Assembly: GCA_037481835.1 (NCBI GenBank)
Contig: JBBFKW010000010.1
Span: 96,001-160,000, forward strand
Direction of reading: 5' to 3'
DNA: 64,000 nt
DNA from: Desulfosoma sp.
GTDB taxonomy: Bacteria; Desulfobacterota; Syntrophobacteria; Syntrophobacterales; DSM-9756
Positions within the stretch are counted from its first letter, which is position 1. Each line of letters begins with the position of its first letter. The position numbers and the translations under genes are program-made. Positions 36,614 through 47,136 of the stretch are shown here, one piece after another. The notes beneath the pieces are model-generated. The model saw nothing but the letters and a program-made list of their open reading frames with translations. It was not told where the DNA came from and made no database searches.

Positions 36614-37489
36614 ATGTTTCAAGGCGCCTTTGTGGCCATTGTCACGCCGTTTCAGAACGGGCGGATCGATGAACCGGCTCTGCGGGATCTCATCGAGTTC
36701 CAGATCGAAAACGGCACCCACGGCATCGTGCCGTGCGGCACTACCGGGGAGTCGGCGACCCTCAGCCATGAAGAACATGAAAGGGTCGTGGAAATTACCG
36801 TGGATCAGGTGAAAAAACGCGTCCCGGTCATCGCCGGCACGGGATCCAACAACACCACGGAAGCCATCCGGCTGACCAAGCACGCCAAGGAATGCGGCGC
36901 CGACGCCGCCCTCATGATCGCCCCGTACTACAACAAGCCGACCCAAGAAGGCCTCTACCAGCACTTCAAGCAGGTGGCGGAAACGGTGGATCTGCCCATC
37001 ATTGTCTACAACATTCCGGGACGCACGGCGGTCAACATGGAACCGGAAACCATCGCCAGACTCGCCAAGATACCCAACATCGTGGGCGTCAAGGAAGCCA
37101 CGGGGTCCATGAAGCAGATCACGGATATTGTGCGACTCTGCGGAGACGGCTTCAGCGTCCTTTCCGGAGAAGACTACATCACGTTCCCCCTCATGTGCGT
37201 GGGCGGCAAAGGCGTCATTTCCGTGGTGTCCAACATCGCGCCGCGGGATATGGCCGACCTGTGCACCCATTTCCTGGAAGGCCGATTCCAGGACGCCTAT
37301 GCCCTCTATTACAAGCTTTTGCCGCTGTGCCACGCCATGTTCGTGGAAACCAACCCGGCTCCAGTGAAAGCCGCACTGAAAATGATGGGAAAAATCGGAA
37401 GCGACGAAGTGCGGCTGCCTCTGGTGGGTTTGAGTGAGGTGAGCAAGGCGAAGGTGGCCCAAGCCCTGAAAGACTACGGCCTTATTTAA
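36614..37489 (+). CDS. dapA: 4-hydroxy-tetrahydrodipicolinate synthase
   Basis: GTTGES, PYYNKP, YNIPGRT, GVKEA. Confidence 0.97.
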   Translation: MFQGAFVAIVTPFQNGRIDEPALRDLIEFQIENGTHGIVPCGTTGESATLSHEEHERVVEITVDQVKKRVPVIAGTGSNNTTEAIRLTKHAKECGADAALMIAPYYNKPTQEGLYQHFKQVAETVDLPIIVYNIPGRTAVNMEPETIARLAKIPNIVGVKEATGSMKQITDIVRLCGDGFSVLSGEDYITFPLMCVGGKGVISVVSNIAPRDMADLCTHFLEGRFQDAYALYYKLLPLCHAMFVETNPAPVKAALKMMGKIGSDEVRLPLVGLSEVSKAKVAQALKDYGLI

Positions 37490-37511
37490 GGCACCCACGG
37501 GAGGCGCTGCG

Positions 37512-38318
37512 ATGGTCAAGGCAGCTGTAGCGGGGATCGGAGGCCGCATGGGATCGCGCATTGCGCAGATCCTTTTTGAAACGGAGGGCATCGAACTCAT
37601 CGGTGGGGTCGAGCGGCCGGGGCATGCGGCCGTCGGCCGGGATATCGGATCTTTGGCGGGCCTGCAGCCCTGCGGTATTGTGGTGGATGACGCCGTGGAA
37701 GCCGTCCTGGCGCGATGCCATGTGCTCATCGATTTCACGGCGCCGGAAGCCTCCCTTAAACACATGGAAAAGGCAGCGGCCTCAGGGACGGCCATGGTCG
37801 TCGGCACCACGGGGTTCACGTCGGCCCACATGGAAAAAATCCGGGAGCTCACCCAAAAGATGCCGTGCGTGTTGGCGCCCAACATGAGTGTCGGGGTCAA
37901 CGTCTTGTTTAAGGTGATCCGCGACCTCACCCGGCTTCTGGGCCCGGGCTACGACGTGGAAATCGTGGAAGCCCACCATCGGTTCAAGAAGGACGCCCCC
38001 AGCGGCACGGCCCTGAGGCTCGCCGAGGCGGTGGCGGAAGCTCGAGGCCGTTCTTTGCAAGAGGTGGGCCTTTATGAACGACACGGCGTCATCGGCGAAA
38101 GGCCCCAAGAGGCCATCGGGCTTCAAACGGTTCGAGGGGGCGATGTGGTGGGCGAACACACGGTCTTTTTCCTGGGCATGGGGGAACGCATCGAAGTGAC
38201 CCATCGGGCCCACAGTCGGGATAATTTCGCTCGGGGTGCCGTGGCGGCAGCCAAATGGGTCATCGGAAAGCCGGCCGGGCTCTACAGCATGCAGGATGTT
38301 TTGGGCATTGCAGGATGA
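37512..38318 (+). CDS. dapB: 4-hydroxy-tetrahydrodipicolinate reductase
   Basis: [23 protein letters not shown]. Confidence 0.97.
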   Translation: MVKAAVAGIGGRMGSRIAQILFETEGIELIGGVERPGHAAVGRDIGSLAGLQPCGIVVDDAVEAVLARCHVLIDFTAPEASLKHMEKAAASGTAMVVGTTGFTSAHMEKIRELTQKMPCVLAPNMSVGVNVLFKVIRDLTRLLGPGYDVEIVEAHHRFKKDAPSGTALRLAEAVAEARGRSLQEVGLYERHGVIGERPQEAIGLQTVRGGDVVGEHTVFFLGMGERIEVTHRAHSRDNFARGAVAAAKWVIGKPAGLYSMQDVLGIAG

Positions 38319-38334
38319 CGAAGCGGAGGCGCGC

Positions 38335-39501
38335 ATGAAGGTGGATTTTGCGGATCGAGTGAAGAATCTTCCCCCTTACCTTTTCAAAGAGATCGACCGG
38401 CTCAAGGCGGAACTATTGGCCAAAGGCGTGGACGTCATCAATCTGGGCGTGGGCGACCCCGACCTTCCGACCCCGCCGCACATCATCGAGCGGTTGAAGA
38501 CCGCCGCGGAAGACCCGGCGAACCACCAATACCCCTTATATTCCGGCATGAACGATTTTCGCGATGCAGTGGCCCGCTGGTACAAGCGCCGTTTCGACGT
38601 GGACTTGGACCCGGCCACCCAAGTGCTCACCCTCATCGGCTCCAAAGAAGGCATCGCCCATCTGCCTTTGGCGTTCATCAATCCGGGGGACACGGCCCTG
38701 GTGCCCAGCCCGGCCTACCCCGTCTATCAGGTGGCCGTAATGTTTGCAGGCGGCACTTCCCATATCATGCCCCTTCGCAAGGAAAACGCCTTTCTTCCCG
38801 ATTTGGACGCCATCCCTCAAGAGACGGCTCGACGGGCCAAGCTGCTCTTCATCAACTACCCCAACAACCCGACGGGAGCCGTGGCCGATGCGTCGTTCTT
38901 CGAAAAAGTGGTGGCTTTTGCCAAGCGCAACGACCTCATCGTGTGCCACGACGCCGCGTATTCGGAAATGGCCTTCGACGGGTATCGGCCCATGAGCTTC
39001 CTCCAGGTGCCGGGGGCCATGGACGTGGGGATCGAGTTTCATTCCCTGTCCAAGACCTACAACATGACCGGCTGGCGCATCGGGTTCGCCGTGGGAAACG
39101 CCCACGTCATCGCAGGGCTTGCCCAGATCAAAAGCAACGTGGACTCGGGCGTCTTCAACGCCGTGCAATTAGCCGGCATGGAAGCCTTGGACGGCGATCA
39201 GCAGTGTGTGCGAGAGATGCAAGCCGTGTATCAAGAAAGGCGCGACATCTTGATCGAAGGGCTTCGCCGTGCGGGGCTTAACCCCGAACCGCCCAAGGCG
39301 ACCTTCTATGTGTGGTGCCCCACGCCGCCCGGGGTGTCGTCGGCCGAATTCACCGCCAGGCTCCTGAAGGAAGCCGGCATCGTGACGACGCCGGGAAGCG
39401 GCTTCGGGGAGCCCGGCGAAGGCTACGTGCGCATGGCCCTCACCGTGGACAAGGAACGGATCCGTGAAGCCGTGGACAGGATCCTGGCGCTCCGATTCTA
39501 G
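38335..39501 (+). CDS. dapL: LL-diaminopimelate aminotransferase (class I PLP)
   Basis: [32 protein letters not shown]; located in the dap operon. Confidence 0.85.
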   Translation: MKVDFADRVKNLPPYLFKEIDRLKAELLAKGVDVINLGVGDPDLPTPPHIIERLKTAAEDPANHQYPLYSGMNDFRDAVARWYKRRFDVDLDPATQVLTLIGSKEGIAHLPLAFINPGDTALVPSPAYPVYQVAVMFAGGTSHIMPLRKENAFLPDLDAIPQETARRAKLLFINYPNNPTGAVADASFFEKVVAFAKRNDLIVCHDAAYSEMAFDGYRPMSFLQVPGAMDVGIEFHSLSKTYNMTGWRIGFAVGNAHVIAGLAQIKSNVDSGVFNAVQLAGMEALDGDQQCVREMQAVYQERRDILIEGLRRAGLNPEPPKATFYVWCPTPPGVSSAEFTARLLKEAGIVTTPGSGFGEPGEGYVRMALTVDKERIREAVDRILALRF

Positions 39502-39577
39502 GAGCCCGTCCGATAATCCCGTTCGAAGCGATGCGTGCCCTGCAGCGTGTGCGGGGCGGGCGCCCTGGGTCTTTCCC

Positions 39578-40063
39578 GTGCTCATCGGGTTCGGCGCCAA
39601 CCAAGGAGACAGTGAAGCGATCTGCCGAGATGCCGTGGATCGGCTTTCCCGGTGGGACGGGTTTCGGATCGTGGCGGTTTCGTCTCTCTATCGCACGGAA
39701 CCCATCGGCTTTACGGATCAGCAATGGTTCGTCAACGGTGTGGTCTTGGGAGAGACGACTTTGACCCCGCAGGATCTCCTGGCCGCGCTTTTGGATGTGG
39801 AACGCCTTTTCGGCCGGGTGCGCACCGTGCGATGGGGCCCCCGGACGTTGGACCTGGACGTGATCTTTTACGGGGATCGGGTGGTGGATCTAGACCATCT
39901 GCGCATCCCCCACCCTCGAGCCCATGAACGCCGCTTCGTCCTCGAGCCGGCGGCGGAAGTGTGCCCGGATTTCGTCCATCCCGTTCTGGGCCTTTCGGTG
40001 CGGGAATTGCTCCGCCGCCCCGCCGTCCAGTCCCAAGACGTGCGCCGGTGGAAAGCCCTATGA
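39578..40063 (+). CDS. folK: 2-amino-4-hydroxy-6-hydroxymethyldihydropteridine diphosphokinase
   Basis: GANQGD, RWGPRTLDLD, PHP..HERRFVL; start uncertain. Confidence 0.92.
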   Translation: MLIGFGANQGDSEAICRDAVDRLSRWDGFRIVAVSSLYRTEPIGFTDQQWFVNGVVLGETTLTPQDLLAALLDVERLFGRVRTVRWGPRTLDLDVIFYGDRVVDLDHLRIPHPRAHERRFVLEPAAEVCPDFVHPVLGLSVRELLRRPAVQSQDVRRWKAL

Positions 40064-40323
40064 TCCGACTGCTCCTTTTGGCCCTTATCGTCTACGCCGT
40101 TTACCGATACCTGAAACCCCGATTGGGCCCCATGCAGGGAAAACGAGGGGAAGGCGAGGAACCGGAAGAAGCGGAACTCATCAAAGACCCTCAATGCGGC
40201 GCCTATTTTCTCAGGCACAAAGGGGTTTCGGCCCGCATCCATGGGGAAAAGCTCTACTTTTGCAGCCCGCAGTGCCGCGACGCCTACGCGGCCCGTCAGA
40301 GAAAGGAGCCTAAGGAAGAATGA
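40060..40323 (+). CDS. Small membrane-anchored YHS/TRASH-like metal-binding protein
   Basis: N-terminal TM; DPQCG...YFCSPQC. Confidence 0.75.
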   Translation: MIRLLLLALIVYAVYRYLKPRLGPMQGKRGEGEEPEEAELIKDPQCGAYFLRHKGVSARIHGEKLYFCSPQCRDAYAARQRKEPKEE

Positions 40324-40979
40324 AATTTTTCATCGATACGGCGAACCTGGATGAAATCCAAAAGGCCCACGCGCTTGGAATTCTCGACGGCGTGACGACC
40401 AATCCGTCGCTCATCGCCAAGGAAGGAATTTCGGACCGTGAGGGCTTCCTGGCGCACATCAAAAAGATTTGCGATATCGTGCAGGCTCCGGTGAGCGCCG
40501 AAGCCGTCAGCACCACCGCCGAGGCCATGATCGCCGAAGCCCGGGAACTGGCGGCCGTCGACGGCCACGTGGTCGTCAAAATCCCCATGACGGAAGAAGG
40601 CCTCAAGGCCGTCAAGGTTTGTGCCGATGAAGGGATTAAGACCAACGTGACGTTGGTCTTTTCGCCCCTGCAGGCCCTGCTGGCCGCCAAAGCGGGGGCG
40701 ACGTACGTGAGCCCTTTCGTGGGGCGGCTTGACGACATCGCCGCCTCGGGCATGCAGGTGGTGTCCCAAATCGTGGACATTTTCTCCAATTATCTCTTTG
40801 ACACGGAAATCATCGTGGCGAGTATCCGCAACCCCATCCATGTGCTGGAAGCCGCCCGCATGGGGGCCGATATCGCCACGATCCCCTATGCCGTCATCGC
40901 ACAGCTCGTGCGGCATCCCCTGACGGACGTGGGGCTGGAAAAGTTCTTGAAAGATTGGCAAAAGGTGGACAAAAGCTAA
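40320..40979 (+). CDS. fsa: Transaldolase / fructose-6-phosphate aldolase (TalC/Fsa family)
   Basis: [30 protein letters not shown]. Confidence 0.92.
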   Translation: MKFFIDTANLDEIQKAHALGILDGVTTNPSLIAKEGISDREGFLAHIKKICDIVQAPVSAEAVSTTAEAMIAEARELAAVDGHVVVKIPMTEEGLKAVKVCADEGIKTNVTLVFSPLQALLAAKAGATYVSPFVGRLDDIAASGMQVVSQIVDIFSNYLFDTEIIVASIRNPIHVLEAARMGADIATIPYAVIAQLVRHPLTDVGLEKFLKDWQKVDKS

Positions 40980-41011
40980 AGAGGTTCGGCTCGACGATGA
41001 GGAGGACGAAG

Positions 41012-41629
41012 ATGGGTGATGGACTCTCGGCGCATTTTCGCCTCTCCCCTGGCTTCTTGACCGCGATTCTTTTCGTCGCTTCGATGGGTATCCCGGCGGG
41101 CGCTTTCTGTGCCGGAGCCATCTACAAGTACGTGGACGAAAAGGGCGTCGTCCATTTCACCAACGTGCCGACGAGCCCTCGATTTCAAAAGGTGGCCTTG
41201 GCGCCGCTTCCCACGATCACGGTGCCGCTGCGCACCTTTGAAGGATCTTACGACGCCCATATCTACAAGGCCGCGGAAATTCACGGTATCGATCATCGGT
41301 TGATTCGAGCCGTCATCAAGGCGGAATCCAACTATAACCCGCGGGCGGTCTCCCCGAAGGGAGCCATGGGACTCATGCAGCTCATGCCGCAAACCGCCCG
41401 GGACATGGGCGTCACGAACCCCTTCGATCCCATGGAAAACATCTTCGGCGGCACCCGATACCTCAAGGAGATGCTTCGCCGCTTCGACAACAGCTTGCTC
41501 CTGGCCCTGGCCGCCTACAACGCCGGCCCTCAAACGGTCGAAGCTTACGGCGGCATTCCGCCTATCCCGGAAACCAATCAATACCTGCGGACGGTGCTGC
41601 GCAATTACATGCAGTACAAGAGAAAATGA
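41012..41629 (+). CDS. Lytic transglycosylase (SLT) with N-terminal DUF4124-like segment
   Basis: IYKYVDEKGVVHFTN; IKAES, AVSPKGAMGLMQLMP, AAYNAG, ET. Confidence 0.9.
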   Translation: MGDGLSAHFRLSPGFLTAILFVASMGIPAGAFCAGAIYKYVDEKGVVHFTNVPTSPRFQKVALAPLPTITVPLRTFEGSYDAHIYKAAEIHGIDHRLIRAVIKAESNYNPRAVSPKGAMGLMQLMPQTARDMGVTNPFDPMENIFGGTRYLKEMLRRFDNSLLLALAAYNAGPQTVEAYGGIPPIPETNQYLRTVLRNYMQYKRK

Positions 41630-42249
41630 CCCGAGACGATTTTTCCCGAAAAAACCTCACGGCCTTGCCCAACCTGCTGACCTACTTGAGGGTTCTGGCC
41701 ATCCCCGTCATCGTCGTGATCCTCAATCCGCCCACCTCGGGGAGCATGCGGAATGCGGCCTTTGCCCTGTATGTCTTGGCGTCCTTGACGGATTACTTGG
41801 ACGGGATTCTGGCGCGACGACACAACCTGGTGACCTCCGTCGGGAAGCTCCTGGACCCCCTGGCGGATAAACTCCTCACCTGTGCCGTCCTCATCATGCT
41901 CATCGAATTGGGGAAAGTCCACGGCTGGGTGGTTTTTCTCATCATCGGCCGGGAATTCATCATCACGGGGCTGCGCTCCATCGCCGCCAGCCAAGGGCTC
42001 ATCTTGGACGCGAGCCGCATGGGCAAAAACAAGATGGTCTCCCAGACCGTGGCCATCCTATGTCTTCTCCTGCACGTGGAAAGGCTTCAACGCCCCCTGT
42101 TTCTCACCGGAACCGCGTTCTTGTGGATCTCCATCGCCTTCGGGTATTGGTCGGCCGGGGCTTACTTTGTGGATTTCTACTACAAGGCCAAAGCACTTCA
42201 CGCCCCGAAGCCTCCAAGGGCTCCCGCACCCGCCCAAACAGATTCTTGA
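41626..42249 (+). CDS. pgsA: CDP-diacylglycerol--glycerol-3-phosphate 3-phosphatidyltransferase
   Basis: PNLLT..R, DYLDGILARR...GKLLDPLADK; followed by a tRNA. Confidence 0.93.
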   Translation: MTRDDFSRKNLTALPNLLTYLRVLAIPVIVVILNPPTSGSMRNAAFALYVLASLTDYLDGILARRHNLVTSVGKLLDPLADKLLTCAVLIMLIELGKVHGWVVFLIIGREFIITGLRSIAASQGLILDASRMGKNKMVSQTVAILCLLLHVERLQRPLFLTGTAFLWISIAFGYWSAGAYFVDFYYKAKALHAPKPPRAPAPAQTDS

Positions 42250-42288
42250 CAGATCCACCCGTTTCCGTTAAGCAGAAAGCACGCGGTC

Positions 42289-42363
42289 GGCGGCATACCC
42301 AAGTGGTAAGGGAGCGGTCTGCAAAACCGTTATTCACCGGTTCGAATCCGGTTGCCGCCTCCA
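42289..42363 (+). tRNA. tRNA-Cys (GCA)
   Basis: GGCGGCA acceptor paired with TGCCGCC, anticodon loop CTGCAAA, TTCGAAT T-loop, encoded CCA; TTGACA at 42246. Confidence 0.96.
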
Positions 42364-42373
42364 GGGCGAACGA

Positions 42374-42410
42374 GGGATCCGGCCCGCAAAGGGGTCGGGT
42401 CCCTTTTTGT
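42374..42410 (+). terminator. Rho-independent terminator after tRNA-Cys
   Basis: AGGGATCCGGCCC-loop-GGGTCGGGTCCCT followed by a T run. Confidence 0.8.
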
Positions 42411-42542
42411 TTGGCGTTTCAGCTTTGCTTTCGGTGCGGGGGTTCTTTCGCTCCAGCCCCGGATTTGGTAAAAGGACGGAAGGCTTCGTGAGCTTTCGGC
42501 AGAGGCCCCCATGGGTCAGGTTTCAAACCCCAGGAGGACATC

Positions 42543-43196
42543 ATGGACCGACCGGTGGAACACTATTGGGATCTCAGATTGAAACGGGTTCAGGAGAAGT
42601 TGGAAAAGAACAACTTCAGCGTGACCCTCGCCCGCGATCGGGAAGACGCCAAGAACATCGTGCTCGAAAAAATCCTGCCCACACTCCAGGTGAAATCCGT
42701 CTCCTGGGGAGGGTCCATGACCTTTACGGCCACAGGCCTCTATGACGTCCTCAAGGACCGGGACGATCTGGAAGTCCTGGACACCTACGAAAAGGGCCTG
42801 GCCTTTGAAGACATGCTGGAACGGCGGCGTCGGTCCCTGCTGGTGGATCTCTTTTTCACCGGCACCAACGCCGTGACGGAAGACGGCCAGTTGGTGAACC
42901 TGGACATGTACGGCAACCGCGTCGCCGCCATCACCTTCGGGCCTCGGCACGTGGTCGTGCTCGTCGGCCGAAACAAGGTGGTTCCCGACCTGGAATCGGC
43001 CATGATGCGCATCAAGGAATACGCGGCGCCGGCCAACGCCATGCGCCTGGACAAGAAGACCCCCTGTTACCACACCGGGGCGTGCGAGGAATGCTCCAGC
43101 CCGGAACGCATCTGCAACCATTGGACGATCACGGAAAAGAGCTTCCCCAAGGGGCGCATCCACGTGGTGCTCATCAACGAAGACCTGGGGCTCTGA
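42543..43196 (+). CDS. LUD-domain (LutC/YkgG-like) lactate utilisation protein
   Basis: GGSMT, GTNAVTEDGQLVNLDMYGNRVAA, GRNK, C-terminal Cys cluster. Confidence 0.85.
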   Translation: MDRPVEHYWDLRLKRVQEKLEKNNFSVTLARDREDAKNIVLEKILPTLQVKSVSWGGSMTFTATGLYDVLKDRDDLEVLDTYEKGLAFEDMLERRRRSLLVDLFFTGTNAVTEDGQLVNLDMYGNRVAAITFGPRHVVVLVGRNKVVPDLESAMMRIKEYAAPANAMRLDKKTPCYHTGACEECSSPERICNHWTITEKSFPKGRIHVVLINEDLGL

Positions 43197-43253
43197 GGCG
43201 GTACAAGCCTCGCGCGCACGTTCCTGCATCATGGATTCTGAGGAGCCGGGACC

Positions 43254-44168
43254 ATGAAAACACACAATTTCGATGTGGCCGTCATTGGCACGGGGCCTGC
43301 CGGGCTCCAGGCCGCCATCCACGCGGCGCGAAAAAAGGTTTCCGTGGCGGTGGTGGGGAAGGTCCCCAAGAGCAGCGCCTACCGGGCGCATGTGGAAAAC
43401 TTCTGCTGCATCCCTTACGCGTCGGGTGAAGATCTTTTGGCCCAAGGCCGTCGGCAGGCGGAAAAATTCGGCGCCGTCTTCTTCGACGAAGATGTGGTCT
43501 CCGTGGAGCGCGAGGACGGCCGGTTCCATCTCAACTTGGAAGGGGGCGATGGCATCCAGGCCAAGGCCCTTGTTTTGGCCATGGGCATTTCCCGAAAGAA
43601 ATTGGGCGTACCCGGTGAAAAAGAGTTCCTCGGCAAGGGCGTGAGCTATTGCGTGGAATGCGACGCCGGTTTCTTCAAGGGCGTGCCCGTGGCCGTGGTG
43701 GGCTGCGAAAGCGCGGCCGTCTCGGGAGCGCTCACCTTGCTTTTCTACGCCGACCGGGTGCACCTCATCTGCGAAAAACTCCAGGTGTCGGAAAACCTTG
43801 CAGAGAAGCTCCGGGAGAGCGCCATTGAACTGCACGAAGGGCGCCGCGTCGTGCAAATCGCCGGAACCCAGGCGGTGGAAGCCGTCGTTTTGGACGACGG
43901 CACCCGGATCGCCGTCCAAGGGGTGTTCATCGAGCGGGGCGCCAAGGGCGCCTTGGAAATCGCCGGTGCCCTGGGGGTGGATCTGGATCCCGAATCCTTC
44001 CAGTACGTGATCACCAACAAGAAACAAGAAACCAACGTTCCCGGCGTCTATGCTGCTGGAGACATCTGCGGCCCGCCGTGGCAGATTGCCAAGGCGGTGG
44101 GAGAAGGCTGCGTGGCGGGGCTGGAAGCGGCCGAGTACGTGCGAAAACTCAGGGACGGGGCGTCTTGA
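43254..44168 (+). CDS. Thioredoxin reductase-like FAD/NAD(P)H disulfide oxidoreductase
   Basis: GTGPAG, GVSYCVECD, TNVPGVYAAGD. Confidence 0.88.
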   Translation: MKTHNFDVAVIGTGPAGLQAAIHAARKKVSVAVVGKVPKSSAYRAHVENFCCIPYASGEDLLAQGRRQAEKFGAVFFDEDVVSVEREDGRFHLNLEGGDGIQAKALVLAMGISRKKLGVPGEKEFLGKGVSYCVECDAGFFKGVPVAVVGCESAAVSGALTLLFYADRVHLICEKLQVSENLAEKLRESAIELHEGRRVVQIAGTQAVEAVVLDDGTRIAVQGVFIERGAKGALEIAGALGVDLDPESFQYVITNKKQETNVPGVYAAGDICGPPWQIAKAVGEGCVAGLEAAEYVRKLRDGAS

Positions 44169-44225
44169 CCTCGACGCGGGCTCCCACGTCTGTGTTCGCC
44201 GAGGAGCTTGTCCGAGAATGGTATA

Positions 44226-44288
44226 CTCCTGGGAGCGCGGGCGTCTCACCCGCTTCTCGTGCGGGCCGGAGGCCCGCGCTCCCAGGAG
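44226..44288. repeat. REPIN-like element (17-bp terminal inverted repeat enclosing two palindromes)
   Basis: CTCCTGGGAGCGCGGGC ... GCCCGCGCTCCCAGGAG. Confidence 0.75.
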
Positions 44289-44407
44289 AAGAGGCCTTCG
44301 GGTTCGTTCTCAGACAGCCTCCTGGGTTCTCGTGCGGAAGCCGGCGGAGCGGCGCTCGCCCTTGTAAGGCGCGCCGCTTCGAAAACCGCCCCCCCGGCAT
44401 TCGCCCG

Positions 44408-44875
44408 TCAATCCAGATTCTCCTGGGACGATGCCTCCACTTCTTCGGCCCTTCCTTCCACCCGCAGGATATGGCGGCGAACCTCGTCGGGCAGGGGCGC
44501 CTTGGTGTTCTTTCGGTAATCGTAGGACACCACCAGAGCGTCCCCTTCCGCGGCGATCCGTTTGTGGCGATGGCTGACGATTCGATATTCCATGCGGAAG
44601 CGGTCTTCCTGGACCGTGGGCACCCTGGCCCCCACGGAGATCGTGTCCGGGTAGGTGAGCGGAAAGCGGTACCGGCACTGGGTGGAGGCAAGGATCGGTC
44701 CGATCCCGGTCTCCTCCATGATCTTCATGTAGTTCATCTTGAGGAAATAAGCGATCCGAGCCGTCTCGAAGTAGCGAAAAAAGACCACATTGTTCACGTG
44801 CTGGAACGCGTCCATCTCGCCCCACACCACGGGAAGTTCAATCACCACGGGAAAGCCTTCGAGCAGTTCGCGCAT
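44408..44875 (-). CDS. Acyl-CoA thioesterase (4HBT family)
   Basis: WGEMDAFQHVNNVVFFRYFETAR. Confidence 0.9.
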   Translation of the reverse strand: MRELLEGFPVVIELPVVWGEMDAFQHVNNVVFFRYFETARIAYFLKMNYMKIMEETGIGPILASTQCRYRFPLTYPDTISVGARVPTVQEDRFRMEYRIVSHRHKRIAAEGDALVVSYDYRKNTKAPLPDEVRRHILRVEGRAEEVEASSQENLD

Positions 44876-45012
44876 CGTCTTTTCCTCCCACGCTGCACAT
44901 GGCATCCTGTTCTTGCACGTCACAAGGCATCAAATCCATGAAACCGCATTTCCCGCCGGATCCAGCCGAACGGTGGATCGGGCCGGGTTCGGAGTCCGGA
45001 AAAAACTATCCC

Positions 45013-45480
45013 ATGCGCCTCCACCACTTTGAAACCCGCATCCTGCTCCGCAGCAGCCTAAACAACGTCTTTCCCTTTTTCGCCGATGCGGTCAACCTGG
45101 AACGCATCACTCCGCCCGAACTTTCCTTTCGCATCGTCACCCGCCTGCCCATCGCCATGGCCGAAGGCACGATCATTGACTACAAGCTCAGGCTTTTCGG
45201 CATTCCCTTTCGGTGGAAGACCCGGATCCAGGAATGGGCGCCTCCCCGGCGGTTCGTGGATGAACAGATCCGAGGCCCCTACTGGGTGTGGGTGCACACC
45301 CATGAATTCCACGACCGCCCCGACGGGACGCTCATGATCGACCGGGTCCGTTACGCCCTTCCCCTTTATCCGCTGGGCGAATGGGCTGCTCCGGTCATCC
45401 GCATGCTTATTTCATGGATCTTTCGATACAGAGCCCGCACCATCGCGCACTTGATCCCCGGCACGAATCCTTGGCGATGA
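45013..45480 (+). CDS. SRPBCC family protein
   Basis: FFADAVNLERITPP, FVDEQIRGPY..WVHTHEF. Confidence 0.88.
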   Translation: MRLHHFETRILLRSSLNNVFPFFADAVNLERITPPELSFRIVTRLPIAMAEGTIIDYKLRLFGIPFRWKTRIQEWAPPRRFVDEQIRGPYWVWVHTHEFHDRPDGTLMIDRVRYALPLYPLGEWAAPVIRMLISWIFRYRARTIAHLIPGTNPWR

Positions 45481-45500
45481 GGAGCTTGCAATCTGGACAC

Positions 45501-46595
45501 TCATGCGGAACGGCCGGCGTTTACGGAACCCCGCAAGGCTTTGGCCAAGTCCTTCACCGTCCTGGGCGGGGAAGGAAAATCCGGCTTGTTCACCATGACC
45601 ACGGCGCCTTCCGGGCAGCCCGTGGCGCACGCCCCGCATCCGAAGCATCGATCCCGATTGACCGCGGGGATATTTTCTTCTGTCATGCGCAGAGCTTCGG
45701 CCGGACATCGTCCCAGGCACGTTTCGCACCCCACACAGCGGTCCGCATCGAAGGCGGGTTCGAACCCCGAATTGAACACGAGACCGGGTTTGGGCTGCTG
45801 TAAGACCTGGCGGACCACTTCGCAGTGCCAACGATCGCAATGGCACATGAAGTCGATGTCCTCGGCCGTGTTCCGGCTCATGTGAATGAGGCCGGCGTGT
45901 TCGCACCGGTCCACGATCTCTCTGGCTTCCTCCTTGCCGATCCGTCGTCCTCCCAGCCGTTCGGTGATGTTTTCCGCCATTTCACCGAACCACATGCATA
46001 CCTCGATGGGCATTCCATGGAGGTCCTCACCGCGGAGCTTGGCCGCCTGCCGGCAATAGCACGCCCCGACGCCAATGGCATCGTACTTGTCGATGTAGGT
46101 CATGACCTGATGGTACGTGTGAATCGTGTTTCCGGCCTTGATCGTTCGCAGCACGGGGATAACCCGTGTCACGGGATAGGGGATTTTTTCGACGCCCTTG
46201 GCCGCCACATAGGCCTTCTTGTAGGCCTGGATCAGTCGGGCGAGCTTCACCTCCCGTTCCGTTTCGCCGCCGCCGATGAACGTGAATTCAAAGATCCCCG
46301 GCATGAAAGGAAGCCCCCGATAAAGGACACCCTCGGGGCTCTTCGTGACGCCGCACAGGCCCTTGCCCGCCATGCGCTCGAGGATCCCCGAAACCTCTTC
46401 GATGGGACGGCCGCTCCGGACGGCAATCTCTTCAACCGGAGCGGGCTTTTTTGTGAGAACATTGTTGACGGCCGCTTCCTCGGGATCGAAAAGTTCTTGA
46501 ACGAGTTCGAAAAATTCCGGAATGTCCAATCCGGCATAGGGGCCCCCTCGGCTCTTCATCACATCCAGCAGTTCTCGGTACACGATCTGAGTCAT
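45501..46595 (-). CDS. 4Fe-4S dicluster domain protein
   Basis: Two CxxCxxCxxxCP motifs plus CYCR and CHCDRWHC. Confidence 0.88.
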   Translation of the reverse strand: MTQIVYRELLDVMKSRGGPYAGLDIPEFFELVQELFDPEEAAVNNVLTKKPAPVEEIAVRSGRPIEEVSGILERMAGKGLCGVTKSPEGVLYRGLPFMPGIFEFTFIGGGETEREVKLARLIQAYKKAYVAAKGVEKIPYPVTRVIPVLRTIKAGNTIHTYHQVMTYIDKYDAIGVGACYCRQAAKLRGEDLHGMPIEVCMWFGEMAENITERLGGRRIGKEEAREIVDRCEHAGLIHMSRNTAEDIDFMCHCDRWHCEVVRQVLQQPKPGLVFNSGFEPAFDADRCVGCETCLGRCPAEALRMTEENIPAVNRDRCFGCGACATGCPEGAVVMVNKPDFPSPPRTVKDLAKALRGSVNAGRSA

Positions 46596-46619
46596 CCGCT
46601 TTTCTCCTCTGCTCCAGGC

Positions 46620-47102
46620 TCAACGGCGTCCGTGCGGCCCTCCCTCCGCATCCTCCGAAGGAGCCGCCTTTGCGGCGATCCTTGCAAACTTTTCGAAGAT
46701 ACCCATGAGCACCTTTCGATAGGCGTCGATTTCTTGTTCCGAAAACCCTTCCTGGATTTCTGCATTCACCTTTCGGATGACCTCTTTGGCTTTTCCCACC
46801 TCCCGCAGCCCCTCCGGGGTGATGTGAATCCGGTACGCGCGCCGATCCATCGGGCACGGTGTGCGGACGATGCAGCCGAGATTTTCCAGCCGATCCACGA
46901 GGCCCGTCACCGCGGAATTATCCGTGGAAAGGGCCTCGCTCAGCTCCGTCATGGTCCTGCCGTCCTTGTGCTTGAACAGGAACAAGATTCCGGCCTGAGC
47001 GGCGCTGATGCGCACACCGGCCGCGGACAGCCTTTCCCTGAGATGGTTCCGGAGGACGTTGTGGGCCCTGGACAAGAGGAAGATCAGCCGATCGTCGGGC
47101 AC
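46620..47102 (-). CDS. MarR family transcriptional regulator
   Basis: wHTH: VTGLVDRLE...DRRAYRIHITPEG. Confidence 0.9.
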   Translation of the reverse strand: MPDDRLIFLLSRAHNVLRNHLRERLSAAGVRISAAQAGILFLFKHKDGRTMTELSEALSTDNSAVTGLVDRLENLGCIVRTPCPMDRRAYRIHITPEGLREVGKAKEVIRKVNAEIQEGFSEQEIDAYRKVLMGIFEKFARIAAKAAPSEDAEGGPHGRR

Positions 47103-47136
47103 GGCCCGATCCTTTCCTTTTCCGCCGAAGCGTCCC

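Noticed and set aside
42289..42363. tRNA-Cys as the island integration site
   Set aside because: No duplicated tRNA 3' end seen in the window and no adjacent integrase; the terminator follows directly
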